The translations under genes were made by a program, and so were the position numbers. Positions 12,500 through 27,450 of a DNA stretch of 64,000 nucleotides are shown one piece after another (within the stretch, counting starts at the first letter, position 1; every line of letters begins with the position of its first letter). A model generated the notes under the pieces. That model searched no databases. It was given only the letters and a program-made list of their open reading frames with translations, and had not been told where the DNA came from. This DNA comes from Octopus vulgaris (lineage: Eukaryota), in contig OX597818.1 in the NCBI GenBank assembly GCA_951406725.2, positions 59,210,001-59,274,000 of the forward strand, written 5' to 3'.

Positions 12500-14130
12500 C
12501 GTTATTTCAAGTTATTACTTAAAACTCATGCAAACAAACAAACGCCAATTTAATTGTTTGATGTACATACTGAAATGTCGACATAACCATGGAAGAAATT
12601 GAATAAACGTATAAACAGCGTTGAAACATTATAGGTGGGCTGGTTAGTAAGGGAAAGATGACACTGTTTGAAAGAAGTTGGAGGAGGCGCTGGTCCATGA
12701 CTCATGCTAGTTTCTAGATCTCCTCTGATGTTATACAATGAGATACATCCCCTATTGCCTTCCACAGTTCATTCTTGCTCCTAAATTACCAAACATTTTC
12801 GTAACCTCGTCGCTTTAGAATCATCCACAAGTTTTCAGTTGGGTCTAAGTTAGGATAGCAGGCAGGCCACTTTATCTTCCGAGGTCCACGGAAGCCTAAA
12901 TATTGCAGATACCCTGTAATTTTTCTTCTCTCGGTGCGAAAGGGCATTATCTTACATGAATATTATGGTTGTCTAGAAGGTGGTCCTTTGCTTTTTCTTT
13001 AACCAAGGTTTAATGTGGTTCCTCAGACAGGTTATGTAAGCATCAGCAGTCATTTTAATACCGCCAGGGCCCTTCCAAATACCAGCCATAATACTTGTCC
13101 AAATCATGATGTATCCTCGACCTTGTTGGTTTCTGAAGCACACATGAGAATCTAATCCATTTATAACACATTCCTTGCTCCAACTATCAGGTCCATTCAG
13201 CTGAGCACGAGTTTCGTCCATAAACAAAACCTTTAAAAAGTCGATTTTCATGATAACTTCTGCCCATGGCAGACGATTTTTTATGTGTATTTTGTTTCCA
13301 GGACACCTTTTAACTGATGTCACAGGTTTACCGACATTTTTCTTCTGATGATGACGTTGGGTACATTTGGACACAGGTTTTCGCTATTGCGCTTGAAATG
13401 CTTTCCGCTTGAAATGCGTTCCACTTGTAAGACCTGCGGTTTTTTTACAGTTTAACGCTCAATTCATGACAGGGAACCTTCAGAAATAGCCCTCAACTAA
13501 CAGTTATCGTCTTGCTTGCGTAAATTTGTAGGAGCTGTAAAATATGTTTTCACAGATTACTCTTTACAATTTTTACACTTTTATTGTTTCAGTCATTTGA
13601 CTGTGACCAGGCTGGAGCACCGCATTTAGTCGAGCAAATCGACCCCAGCACTTATTCTTTGCAAGCCTAGTACTTATTTTATCGGTATTTTGGCCGAACA
13701 GCTAAGTTACGGGGACGTAAACACACAAGCATCGGTTGTCAAGTGATGTTGGAGGGAAAACACAGACATAGACACACACACACACATGCACACACACAAA
13801 TATATATCCAAATATACGACGGGCTTCTGTTAGTTTCCGTCTAACAAATCCATTCACAAGGCTTTGGTTGGCCCGAGGCTATAGTAGAACACACTTGCCC
13901 AAGATGCCACGCAGTGGGATTGAACCCGGAACCATGTGGTTCGTAAGCAGGCTACTTACCACACAGCCACTCCTACGCCTAATATCTTCCAATTATTTTA
14001 GATATTTCTAATGTTGATTTATGATTTGTAAGTTCAGAAGTAACACTAGATTTCTCTGAATTAGTTAAGTCACATTTAAGACCCATAATTATACGATTAT
14101 CAGACCACTCTTTAACAATTTGGAACACTG
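12500..14130 (-). pseudogene. Tc1-like transposase relic interrupted by a SINE
   Basis: KVLFMDETRAQLNGPDSW..QQGRGYIMIW, then decayed DNA.. and WPACYPNLDPTENLW motifs; SINE A inserted at 13559-13980. Confidence 0.8.
13559..13980 (-). mobile_element. SINE family A
   Basis: Full-length copy. Confidence 0.9.
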
Positions 14131-14721
14131 TTAGTTCGTGGAAATTATGCAAATGGCCGCAGTTTGTTTATATTTTCGTGTATTTTACACACCACGCGCA
14201 TATAACTGTTGCTGTCCCGCTGTGGAAATTTCGCCGAATTCCACCGAATACTTTGTACATTAGATATTAAAAATATGTCGTTAATTATTTGAAAACCAGT
14301 GTTTATATGAAACAATATTCTTATGGTTAAGCGCCGAAACAAACAAGAATAAAAAGAAGTGACGTTTAAATTATTAGTTTCTTTGTTGAAGACATTTTGC
14401 ATTGTTAGTTATTAGCAATTTTACTAATTAGGCAAAGGAGATTTTTAATAAGAGAATCTGCCATCTTTTCTGCAACTAAGTAATTTACGAAAGAATTTAA
14501 AGAATGCAAAGACTACCTAATAATAGATCCCTTGTCTTCTGATGCTGAAGTTACAATTCTCTGTTGTAGTTTCACTTTTGTAACCGTACACCTTAGTTTC
14601 TTTGTATAATCCGAAAGCAAGATTAATATACATACTTTTTAATAGGATTTGGGCTAATGTATATCACGGTAGATAATTGGGTTGGATATGGAGGCTGTGT
14701 GTACCGGAAATTTTGGATCGA

Positions 14722-15014
14722 ATCCAGTACGCAACTGGTACTTAATTTATCGACCCCGAAAGTATGAAAGGCAAAGTCGACCTCGGTGGAATTTGAAATC
14801 AGATCTTGAAAACAGACGAAAGGACAAACAAGGACAGATAAAGGGACTAAGTCGATTACATCGACCCCAGTGCGTAACTGTTACTTAATTTATCGACCCC
14901 GAAAGGATGAAAGGCAAAGTCGATCTCGGTGGAATTTGAACTCAGAACGTAACAGCAGACGAAATAACACTAAGCATTTCACCTGGTGTGCTAACGTTTC
15001 TGCCAGCTCCCCAC
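14722..15014 (-). mobile_element. SINE family B, partial dimer
   Basis: Two body units behind one head. Confidence 0.85.
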
Positions 15015-15319
15015 CTTGATAGAGGCTGTATATTATGCATCGTCAGTGTGTGCTCAGACACTGAAATTCTATATTTCGTTAGGTATGAGGCAGTAGCTTT
15101 CAAGAGGGGAGTAAGTGCTTGTGCCACATTTAAGAGAAAAACTTTTATTCGCTAGAAACACATTTATTTTGCCACAGATAAATAGATTAGTTGTCAACTG
15201 ATTATGATGGTAATACCACTTTTAATTTTTAATGTTATGGCTTAAATTTTACATGTTCCATGTTGGGTCGTTGTCGTGAATCAACTCGGGTGGCTAATTT
15301 TAAGATTGGTGGTTATTCT

Positions 15320-15565
15320 ATCAGTCCCTTTTTACCGAACCACAACGTTACAGAGACATAAACGGACCGATACTTGTTGTGAAGCGCTTGTGGGGGGAAA
15401 CATAGGCACAAATACACGCAAATTTACGTCAGTTTTCTCTCGGTTTCCGTCTACCAAATCTACTCGCAAGACTTTGGTCGACTGGAAGCTATAGTAAATG
15501 AGAGCTCTCCAAACGATCACATCTTGGGACTGGACCCGGCTGGAAGAAATCACCTTATCACATAG
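15320..15565 (-). mobile_element. SINE family A, degenerate
   Basis: gtttccgtctaccaaatctactcgcaagactttggtcg. Confidence 0.65.
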
Positions 15566-15712
15566 GTATGTATTTAAAATGTAATTTTTTACCACAGGTT
15601 TTGTTTTGGAAAATGTAAAATTTTTCAATAGGTAAAATGTAAGCATTCGCAATTCAATGTTGACTGTTAGGAATATCTATGTTAACTATTTCAATACTTT
15701 AACATATATACA

Positions 15713-15872
15713 GGCACGGGAGTGGCTGTGTGGTAAGAAGCTTGCCTCCCACTCACATGGATCTGGGTTCAGTCCTACTGCGTGGCACCTTCGGCAACTG
15801 TCTCCTACGGCCGACCAAAACCTTTTGAGTGGATTTGGTAGACGGAAACCGAAAGAAGTCCTTCGTGTATAT

Positions 15873-15914
<42 letters not shown>

Positions 15915-16116
15915 TATATGTGTGTGTGTGTGTGTGTATGTACGTATGTATCAACTGACGCTGGTGTGTTTACCTCCCCGTAACTTCGGAAAAAGTGACC
16001 CGATGTAGTAAGTACTAAGCTTAGAAAGTATAAGTCCTTGTGGTCGCATTGCTCGACTAAAAGCAGTGCCCCAGTATGGCCGCACTCAAATGAGTGAAAC
16101 AAGTCTACGAATAAAA
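15713..16116 (+). mobile_element. SINE family A, diverged
   Basis: Head, internal microsatellite and tail present. Confidence 0.85.
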
Positions 16117-16929
16117 GAAAAAATGAATACCTTTCTAGATTATACCTCACTGCATGGAGTACATTTTCGTTTTGTTAATTTCACATCTATTCTATATACA
16201 TGTGTGTGTGTGTGTAAATATAGTCGTTTAGAAATATACATATGTATATGCATATATATGCACACACATATATATGTATATAAGTACATATATATATATA
16301 TATATATATATGCATATATGCATATATATATATGTCCATATATATATATACATAAATAAACATATATGTATACATATTTGTATATATACATGTATATATA
16401 TGTGTGTGTGTTTGTGTGTGTGTGTGTGTATGTATGCACATACATACACACATATAAAAGAACTAACAGTTTTATGCTTACATTAAATTTCTTATATCTC
16501 AAAGTAATATATGTTTCTCTATATATATGTATATTCTACGTTTTATCATTCTATATGTTTTACATTCCACATAAGCTTATAACTTATTTTTGCATGGCAT
16601 ATATTTTCTTTTGTATTTTTACACAATATTATTATGTACAGAAAATACATTTTCTATAATCTGTATTCATGAATAGTTTGTCTTACTTTTTAGTATACTG
16701 CATTTCGATATGTTAATCCTTTCCGAAATCTAGTTCACCTAATCTTCCAGTCAAATGCTTGCGGCAGAAAATGAATATTTCACCCTCAATTCTCTATGTT
16801 TCTACACATCGTCTTCAACGCTTCTGTGTAAAATATATGTATATTTTGAAATCTACCATATTTACTCAATTATTATCCGTAAACATATATAGGCCCAGGA
16901 GTGGCTGTGTGGTAAGCAGTTTGCTTACT

Positions 16930-18330
16930 GCGCATGCGTTAGACAGTTACTGCTACACTGGTATTGTCAAAACGTTGTTTTCGCAGCGCTCATGAAGTGA
17001 AGAACGTTGAAGGCGCGACTGTGAGGTGGGCATCTGTTTTTTTGGTGGGGGATTTAGCGGGGTTTTGTTATTTGATATTGTTTTTGCAAATGAGAAATTC
17101 TCGCTAGGTCCCGGACATTTGTCTGCCTGCAGTCGCGCAAAGTGACTCACTTAGTTATGAGAATTGTTGTTGTTGAGGGGGGTCTCAGCTCCCCCCCCCC
17201 CAAAAAAAAAACAAATTGTGAAATTCATGGAATTGTACCAAAAATTGTGAATTTTAACAAAAAGTGGTGAAATTCGAGGAATTGTACCAATTTGTGGAGC
17301 TCTGTTCCTGCTGGTGTATTACCCTAGGCCGCAATTGTGCTTTATTGAATCCTGCTGTGTTTTGAACTTTCTTCCTTCTATCTTCTTTTTTTGATTTTTT
17401 TTCTTTTTGAACTTGTGTTTGATTTTTTTTTTACTTAAAAACACAACAAAGAAAGCTGATAAGGTGTTCGAGTGGGATAGAACCCCAGTGGATAGAAGAC
17501 AGTATCCGCCAGTGCCTACGTGGCAGCGGAGCCAAGCTCCTCAATGACAAAATTTTGCCTGCAGCTGATCGTGTGGGGTCAAAAGCGGTTTTGACCCTCT
17601 AAACCCAATCAGCCAAGTATGTAGTGTTACCAGATTTTCTTAAAATGGCCGGTTCTCGGTGTCTGTTGACACCTCCCAGCCGTCACATGTGACTGGGACT
17701 AGGCCACATTAAAAAGAACTGTCCCCAGGACCAAAGTAAGGTCCTGGAACAGTTAGTTATGGAATAATCCCCACCTCCTCCTTCGGAGAGAGAGAGAGGT
17801 TGAAGCAGTGGGGACCTCACCGAAAAAAGGGGAATAAAGGAAGCAGGTGGGCAACAATTGTTGCCCACTGAAGGACCCCAAGGCTGCGGGAGGGAGGGAA
17901 GATTCTCCAGTTAAAGCGGAGGAACTACACCCTCACGTAGCAAAGGGAATAAAAAAGAAAAAGAACGGGGCAGTGCCTGCGGTTAATACACTGCCGGCAT
18001 GTTCCTAAGCCCAGTCGGTGGAAATTGTGCCACCGAAGGTAGAAGTTGTGGCCTCAACCCAGGTGGAGGAGGAATGTTTAGTCTTTTTCCGCAGTGGAGA
18101 AGCGGTGGGAAAGTTTACCAAAACGTTTTCCAGGGGAGGAGACGTAACCTACATTAAAGATCCTGCATAGGATCCGCAGGTATCTGTGTAGGTCATCTCA
18201 GGCACGGATTTTTTAAGGTAATAAACACCTTCCAGAAGATATATTCCGCTTCAGATTAAGGCGCCCTGACCTGGCACTATCGGTACGCTTAAGTGACGCT
18301 TTGAATCTGGTCGGGTCCTTACATGGTATT
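16930..18330 (+). pseudogene. Decayed retroelement ORF1/gag-like region with CCHC zinc-knuckle remnant
   Basis: 17681-17725 reads R-H-M-*-L-G-L-G-H-I-K-K-N-C-P, two single-base changes from CX2CX4HX4C; GC-richer than the flanks. Confidence 0.55.
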
Positions 18331-18545
18331 TCGTATGTTTGTTTTTAACAATGGCCTTCAAGATAGGAACTTTGCATAAATTCGCTATTGTATATGAGTC
18401 GAAACAAACTACTGGCTTTATATGGGATTTTTTGAAAATTTGTTGCCATATGTTTTTATGATATATTGTATTATAACGTAAATAATTTTTTTGTTTGTCG
18501 ATTGTATTTCTCAATTTCAATTATTGTTTTTTATACATATACACA

Positions 18546-18598
<53 letters not shown>

Positions 18599-18637
18599 GT
18601 GTATGTTTGTGTGTGTTTAGGTGTGTGTATGTGTGTG

Positions 18638-18719
<82 letters not shown>

Positions 18720-19050
18720 TTATATTTTGATTTTTCTTCTATAGTTTTTCTTGTATTATATTACTATGCAATATGATAATTAAATTATGAAAATTGCATT
18801 ATGCAATATATGTGTATCTAATATGTGTGTGTATTACTAAATAAAGATAAATTTCGGTTGCATATTTTTATATTCTCTCATCATATTACAGAGTAATATT
18901 ATTGTAAGAAGCTAATATTTCAAGTATGTATTAAAAAATTAGTAATTGTTTTTGTTATTTCTTTAATATACACAAACAATTCCGGTGAATCATGTGTCGA
19001 ATTTCTCCTCCGTTGTCAGATAATCCGCGTTCGCTTTACTCCCTCACTTA

Positions 19051-19395
19051 TTACGAAAGTGGAGGTATTGTTTTTTCAGTCGTGTTTGTTTGATTGCCTG
19101 CCTGTTTGTTGGTCTGTGGAGAAGATATCCCATGAACCATTAGATTGAATCGGATGAAACATTCGGGAACGTTGGGCCTTGTGCCTGGCACGAACTCATT
19201 AGATTTTGGAATCGGATAAAGATTCTGGATTATTTTGCCTGTTTTTTTACTTAGGTTTTGAGAGCGGTCCCGTTCATGTTTAGTATACTCGTTTATTTTA
19301 GATATTCTCATTTAAAAAAATCTGCTCTGGTTAATCATTGAGATGACGTTGGTGCTGCCTTGGCTGAGGTTTGCACTCTCTGGCAGCTCTTGTTT
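19051..19395 (+). mobile_element. Helentron-associated non-autonomous element (HINE-like)
   Basis: 5' ggaggtattgttttttc followed by a (GTTT/GCCT) microsatellite, and 3' ccttggctgaggtttgcactct, typical of HINE-like ends. Confidence 0.55.
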
Positions 19396-20772
19396 TATTT
19401 TTCGTGAACAATTTTTCAAATACTGCTCCATAATACAATCTCCTTCATCGTTGAAGACCACTTGCCAACATCTCACGTTCTAGTCGATGAGATCATTGTT
19501 TCTTGACAAGATTTCATCTATCCAAGTTTTCTGTTCTACATCGTTGTTCAAGTAAACACCTGGCTGACTCCTGGTAAGTCAGATACCGTGTTAAATTACC
19601 ACGCCGTGTTTCCAGTAATGTTGTTTGAAGCTTACACATTGCGACACGTTATGAAATCATCGGAAAAAAACCAATTCATCCGACAACTCCATATTTCTGA
19701 AATACTCTTATGAATATTAATAGTTAGTGAAGTTAATATTGGTCTCAGATACTTGTGGCCAAGCCATAGGAGGGGATGTTGCCATCAAAGACTATCTTAT
19801 ATAACTTATCGCACGAATTCTCTTGAATTTCAACTCTAAATATTACACTGTTGGACGTATCGGATTAATAAACTAACTCGTATTTCGATCTTCACCCAGC
19901 AGTGTATCGTTGTACATATTGCCTAAGATCCAAACGGAGACAGAATTTCAATATGCTTGAAACGCATTGAAGGTCTCTGAAGCAGGAAATATAACGTCTG
20001 CGAATGATTAATAGTAATCACCTGTAACTAGTTCAATAAATCATAATGAATCAGAAATAACCTTTTCATAATGACATATAGCAATTCAAGATTCACTGCA
20101 ACTAACCATGATTTTACGATATGTGATAACTTAAATTTCAAACACTTTGTACAGGAAAATCGATTCAAAGCTTTGACACTATGGTTTAACTTTTGATCAA
20201 TGCACGTCGAAACTGGATATAATTGATAATATTAAAACTGATTAGTCAGAGATGGTGTAAAATGGAAAGGTTAATTTAAAGTCGTCATTCCGAGTAAATA
20301 ATACACTATATAAACTGTATGAAGGCGAGTATATCGGGTGTAGAATTCTCATAGGAATTTTCTGGCAGATTCATTGCAAATCGACACATAGTCAAATATA
20401 TCTGTTCACTATTTTTCCATTTATCATCATTTATGGAAAGCAATTCTTTTTTTACATTTATATATTTGTTGCGCAAGATTTGTTATGTGAAATCGTGTGT
20501 TGAAAGAGATATTGTTGTATTTCGGAATGGTCATTTTGCCAGTTTAGCCAAATTCTTTTTTTTTCTTTTATCTATATCACTAAAGATACAATATACGAAT
20601 CTAAAAAATAGGAACGAAATGTCTTGCTTTTAAAAACGACAGTCTGGCTCTAGGCATTTCAGCGTTTCAATGGCTGCTCTATCATTAACGTCCTCAGCCC
20701 CTCGAGGGTTATTTATTAACAGCTGGTGCAGTAATTATATATCATCCCTGTAGAGAAAAAAATTGAAATGAT

Positions 20773-21141
20773 GGTGGAAGCACTCCGTCGGTTCCGGTTG
20801 ATCCGAATCAACGGAACAGCCTGCTCGTGAAATTAACGTGTAAGTGGCTGAGCACTCCACAGACATTGTACCCTAAACGTAGTTCTCGGGGATATTCAGC
20901 GTGACACAGAGAGTGACAAGGCCGGCCCTTTGAAATACAGGTACAACAGAAACAGGAAGTAAGAGTGAGAGAAAGTTGTGGGGAAAGGGTACAGCAGGGA
21001 TCACCACCATCCCCTGCCGGAGCCTCGTGGAGCTTTAGGTGTTTTCGCTCAATAAACACTCACAACGCCCGGTCTGGGAATCGAAACCGCGATCCTATGA
21101 CCGCAAGTCCGCTGCCCTAAACACTGGGCCATTGCGCCTCC
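20773..21141 (-). mobile_element. SINE family C (tRNA-derived), full length with 13-bp TSD
   Basis: A box tggcccagtg, B box gtttcgattcc; TSD aaattgaaatgat at 20760-20772 and 21145-21157. Confidence 0.9.
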
Positions 21142-22024
21142 AGGAAATTGAAATGATATATCTTATTAGACTCGATTCAGGGTCTTAGATTTCGACCACG
21201 CTTCAATATTAATACAAATTGTTTATTGATTAATGATAATATTCACCAATTTATGCAAGAAAATTCAACCGAATTGGAAATCTGAACGTCAAATAATCAT
21301 ACCAGTTTCGTAGCACATCTGGGTTTGAATGAAAAAAAACTTATTTTTACTCATTATTCCTTTTCCATTTTGACCACAAAATCAAGCCTATAACCTGTAA
21401 AATGCACAGATTGTAACGTTATCGTTTCTTGTACCACGGAACTGAGTTTTCTTACCCAAATTCATATAAAACCTGAAAAATAATACACAAATCTCAATGA
21501 TTTAATTTCTACCATTAATATTTCTTGTTCTTAGCTGATTGATAACCGTTTTATTACATATGGAACCACTAAAATTTGCTCCTGTCTCTCTTACAACTTA
21601 GAGCTAATAATATATACAGAAAATCGGTTTTTCTTCATGAATCGATTTTGATCAAATTATACACAAAACTTGTACTATCAATTACAGATAATAGTTCAAA
21701 AAGCAGAAAAGTCTCCGATATACATTTCTTGGTAACTACTATAGGTGACATATATGCTTAAAATTCACTATATGGATAAATAAATAATCAATTTCAATCC
21801 ACTTAAACAGTCTCATCTCATTATATATGGTAATTTTTATTTCCAACGAAATAAGAAATCGCTTTAATCAGAGAATTAAAACAGGTAGAAAGAAATAAAA
21901 CAGATCAAAAGACAATTTATTAATATGTGATCAAGTAGTTACCCATAAGAAAGAACATAAACGGAATCGAACAATAAATAACCTCAATTATTAATCATAG
22001 AAAGCTTGACACAAAGTTTATATA

Positions 22025-23517
<1,493 letters not shown>

Positions 23518-23923
23518 ATTATGTCTCTAGATATTTGCGAGCGCTTCGCTGCGGCGTGATGACAATTAAGGAATAGGCAACAACGATAAAGTAACAGAGT
23601 GATTGTTTTGCGGCAATTAGATTACTCTTTAATTTACAAGATCACTGTAACCAAATACCACAGAATAGAAAAGATCTAATGCTTTAGGTTACAGAAAACT
23701 ATGTCTCTACTTAAATGAAAATAATTAATGCAGTCTTGGTATTTTGATTAGATGGCCTTTATTGTTTAATTCAGTCAAATCGAATTCAATATTTAGTATC
23801 AAACGAGTGCTTCTTGGAAATCAGGCTATTTTCTCTAACACACCACAAAAGAGAGAGGCATATACACATGCGCTCTATAATAGTTAAGTTTTGTTAAACG
23901 ATTTACTAAACATTATTCTTGTA

Positions 23924-23981
<58 letters not shown>

Positions 23982-24322
23982 TGTATCGAGGACAAATGCT
24001 GCCGGTGACTTATAGATAAATATGTGAGTATAATTGCATATTATATTGATAAAGAAACAATTGTTCAGCATTAATCTATCTTTTCGTTGTATTTCGCTTT
24101 CCTTACGATTGAAGGTAATGTTATTTCTTTTGTGGAAACAACTTCGGTGGCTATACCAGAATAAGGATCTATTTCTAGCACTAGAGTTAACCACTTAACG
24201 TTAACTCTCTTATATTTACGTATAAATTTGTACTGTCTCCCTGGTTTTTATGTGCTAGGCCACTTGGTGTTAAACTGTTGGTATTATTAAATTAATATCT
24301 AATTTTTCACCCTAATTTATGA

Positions 24323-24415
<93 letters not shown>

Positions 24416-24710
24416 AACATATATTTGCCAACTAAGTGTGGAGTTCTATACAGTTCTATCCCCAGGAAAACATCCTCCCCACCTGACTAACGACACACAG
24501 CGTGTCCGATGAGTATTTGCGAAGCGGGGGTCATCGCTCCCATCCCTACCCTTAAGTGATACGCACGGACTCGAGTCTCTGGGTGGAAACCTATCATAAA
24601 ACCTAATTATTATTTAACATAACTCTAAAATTTTATCGAACAGATGAACTCAAATACAACGCAACCGGATGATGGCTGAACAGGCGAAAATTTCGAAGTC
24701 ACTACTATTT

Positions 24711-24938
24711 TACTCTCTTTTTTACTCTTTTACTTGTTTCAGTCATTTGACTGTGGCCATGCTGGAGCACCGCCTTTGGTCGAGCAAATCGACCCCAGGA
24801 CTTACTCTTAGTCAGCTTAGTACTAATTCTATCTGTCTCTTTTGCCGAACCACTAAGTTACGGGGACGTAAACACACCACCATCTGTTGTCGAGAGATGT
24901 TGAGGGACAAACAAAGATACACAAACATACACACACAC

Positions 24939-25017
<79 letters not shown>

Positions 25018-25149
25018 TATATGCGACGGGCTTCTTTCAGTTTATGTCTACCAAATCCACTGACAAGACTTTGGTCGGCCCGAGGATATAGTGGAGAACG
25101 CAGTGGGAGTGAACTCGGAACCATCTGGTTCGTAAGCAAGCTACTTACC
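24711..25149 (-). mobile_element. SINE family A
   Basis: Near full-length copy. Confidence 0.9.
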
Positions 25150-26079
25150 ACACAGCCACTCCTACGCCTACTGCCAATAGTATTCTTCCTAAAGGATTAT
25201 GTATTTGTACTCTACCATATGTATCGTGTTATCTTTCAAATTGTTATGAAAAAACATTTTTATTATAGCAAATACATATAATGAGAGAAAGAGAGAAAGA
25301 AAGAGAGCGAGATTTACCTCCATAGTCTGCAAAGAATTCCCAAATCGTTACATTTTGTGAGGCCATTATATTTTTGAATATTAACCCTCGTCTTTCCACA
25401 TGAACATATTGTTTAATATGTGTATATATGCCTACGTAATCTCAATTATATTTATTAGCGATCATTATGCGATATCTATTCATTGGTGCGTTTATAGTAT
25501 AGAAAGCGCCAGACTCCATTTCACCTCATTACATTTATTGCATGTTGACGCTCTTTGATATTTCCTGGGGCCGATATGCTGTGAATGCTTGTAATAATTT
25601 GTAATGGAAGTAATGCGACTTTATATCACGACAAGTAAATAGATACACGTATAAATCCACACCAGAATTATTTTACAATGCCAGGAATAACAAACGTATC
25701 ACTATAACGTTGATATAAATTTTAAAGCGTCTTCTTTTTGGTGGTAAACATGAGTTAAATAGTACAGCAAAATATATATCAAGAATAGCTTATATCAGTC
25801 TGATACATCACTTTTGATAATGTTTTTGCTCTCAAGTGACCAAACATTTGGCAATGTGTTATTCTGTTTTGGATAGATTGTTAAATATTAACGCTGTTAT
25901 TTTTATGTTCTTACGTCGGTGCATCTAATAAATAATATATACTTACTATTTAAGGATACTTACTTGCACTGCTGTTCAACTGTCGTGGAACTCATCCATA
26001 TTCCGCATTATTTTCAAGTTAGACTTTAAGAGGTTAACTTGTGTCAGAAATTACGTAAACGTGGAACATTGATTGACGA

Positions 26080-26233
26080 TGTGGTAAGTAGCTTGCTTAC
26101 CAACCACATGGTACCGGGTTCAATCCCACTGCGTGGCACCTTGGGCAAGTGTCTTCTACTATAGCTCCGGGCTGTCCAAAGCCTTGTGAGTTGATTTGGT
26201 AGACGGAAACTGAAAGTAGCCCGTCGTATATAA

Positions 26234-26309
<76 letters not shown>

Positions 26310-26520
26310 TTGTGTTTCTGTGTTTGTACCCCCAACATCGCTTGACAACCGATGCTGGTGTTTCTACATCCCTGTTACTTAGCGGTTTGACAAAAGATAT
26401 ATGTAGAATTAGTACTAGGCTTACAAAGACTAAGTTCTGGGGTCGATTTGCTCGACTCAATGCGGTACTCCAGCATGGCCACAGTCAAATGACTGAAACG
26501 AGTAAAAGAGTAAAAGAGTA
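26080..26520 (+). mobile_element. SINE family A
   Basis: Slightly 5'-truncated copy with (GAGTAAAA)n tail. Confidence 0.9.
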
Positions 26521-27228
26521 TAAATTTATTGTGATATTATATTGCTAATAGTAGACTAAACAAACATGCCAACTTTACTTATCTCTCTGTAGGCTGAAAA
26601 TAGGAAGAGTCTTTATCGACTTTTGACCCGTATTGTAGTCTCATCGGTAATGAATATATCACCTGATCTATTGCAGGGAAAAGTAGTTAGACTGTTTATA
26701 TTCTCACGATATCAAAGAGTTGTATTGGACTGAAGTTACTAATCTCCATTCTGTTAGTATTTAACATTTTATTTTAATACGAGCGGTTTGTCAAGAGGGG
26801 AAACATTCCAGACAATATCAAGTAAATACACGTATCGGATAAAGAAACGTGTGAGGTGTTCCTATCTAGTATATTTACTAGTATATTTACTAGCATATTT
26901 TAGTGCACGCTAAATAACACCTCTTCTCTAATGTGAGAAAATCAAATCAAATCAAATACTCTGTACTTTTGTATTACGTGTTTAAGAACCATGGCGTATT
27001 CATTTCCGGTATCTTCGATCATTATTGCTATGTCGTTTGGTTTTGCAACTGGAGAATTTATCTTTTACTGCATTCGGTCATTGGGATTCGATCACGCGCA
27101 GGCAACGCCTAGATGAGAAGTTTTCGAAAGAATTGACCACAGTAGTTATGTTTGTTTTTAATTACGTCTAGCATTTGATCTACTGGTCTCTTTTGCAACG
27201 ACGTAAATAAAACCAACACCAAATTTAA

Positions 27229-27450
27229 CCCTTTCGTTATCGTATATATTTTGAGATGCTCTGTGTTTCTTTCAATGAATTCTAAATATAAAAAAGAATT
27301 TAATATAATAACTTAGTTATCATTCAGCTAGTATTAAAAACATAAATTATCACTAAGCTTTGGTGGAAGATTTTAATTCAGAACTTATGGAAACAAGACA
27401 TTTGTACTACAGAGCCATAGGCAGTTTCAGCCGGGTTGGTAACTAAAGGG
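27229..27450. mobile_element. piggyBac-like MITE nested in a decayed SINE A (27165-27656, minus)
   Basis: TTAA|ccctttcgtta ... taactaaaggg|TTAA. Confidence 0.8.

Noticed and set aside
19511-19573. Possible exon DFIYPSFLFYIVVQVNTWLTP ending in GTAAGT
   Set aside because: Weak acceptor, phase not directly compatible with the 9460 candidate, no other support.
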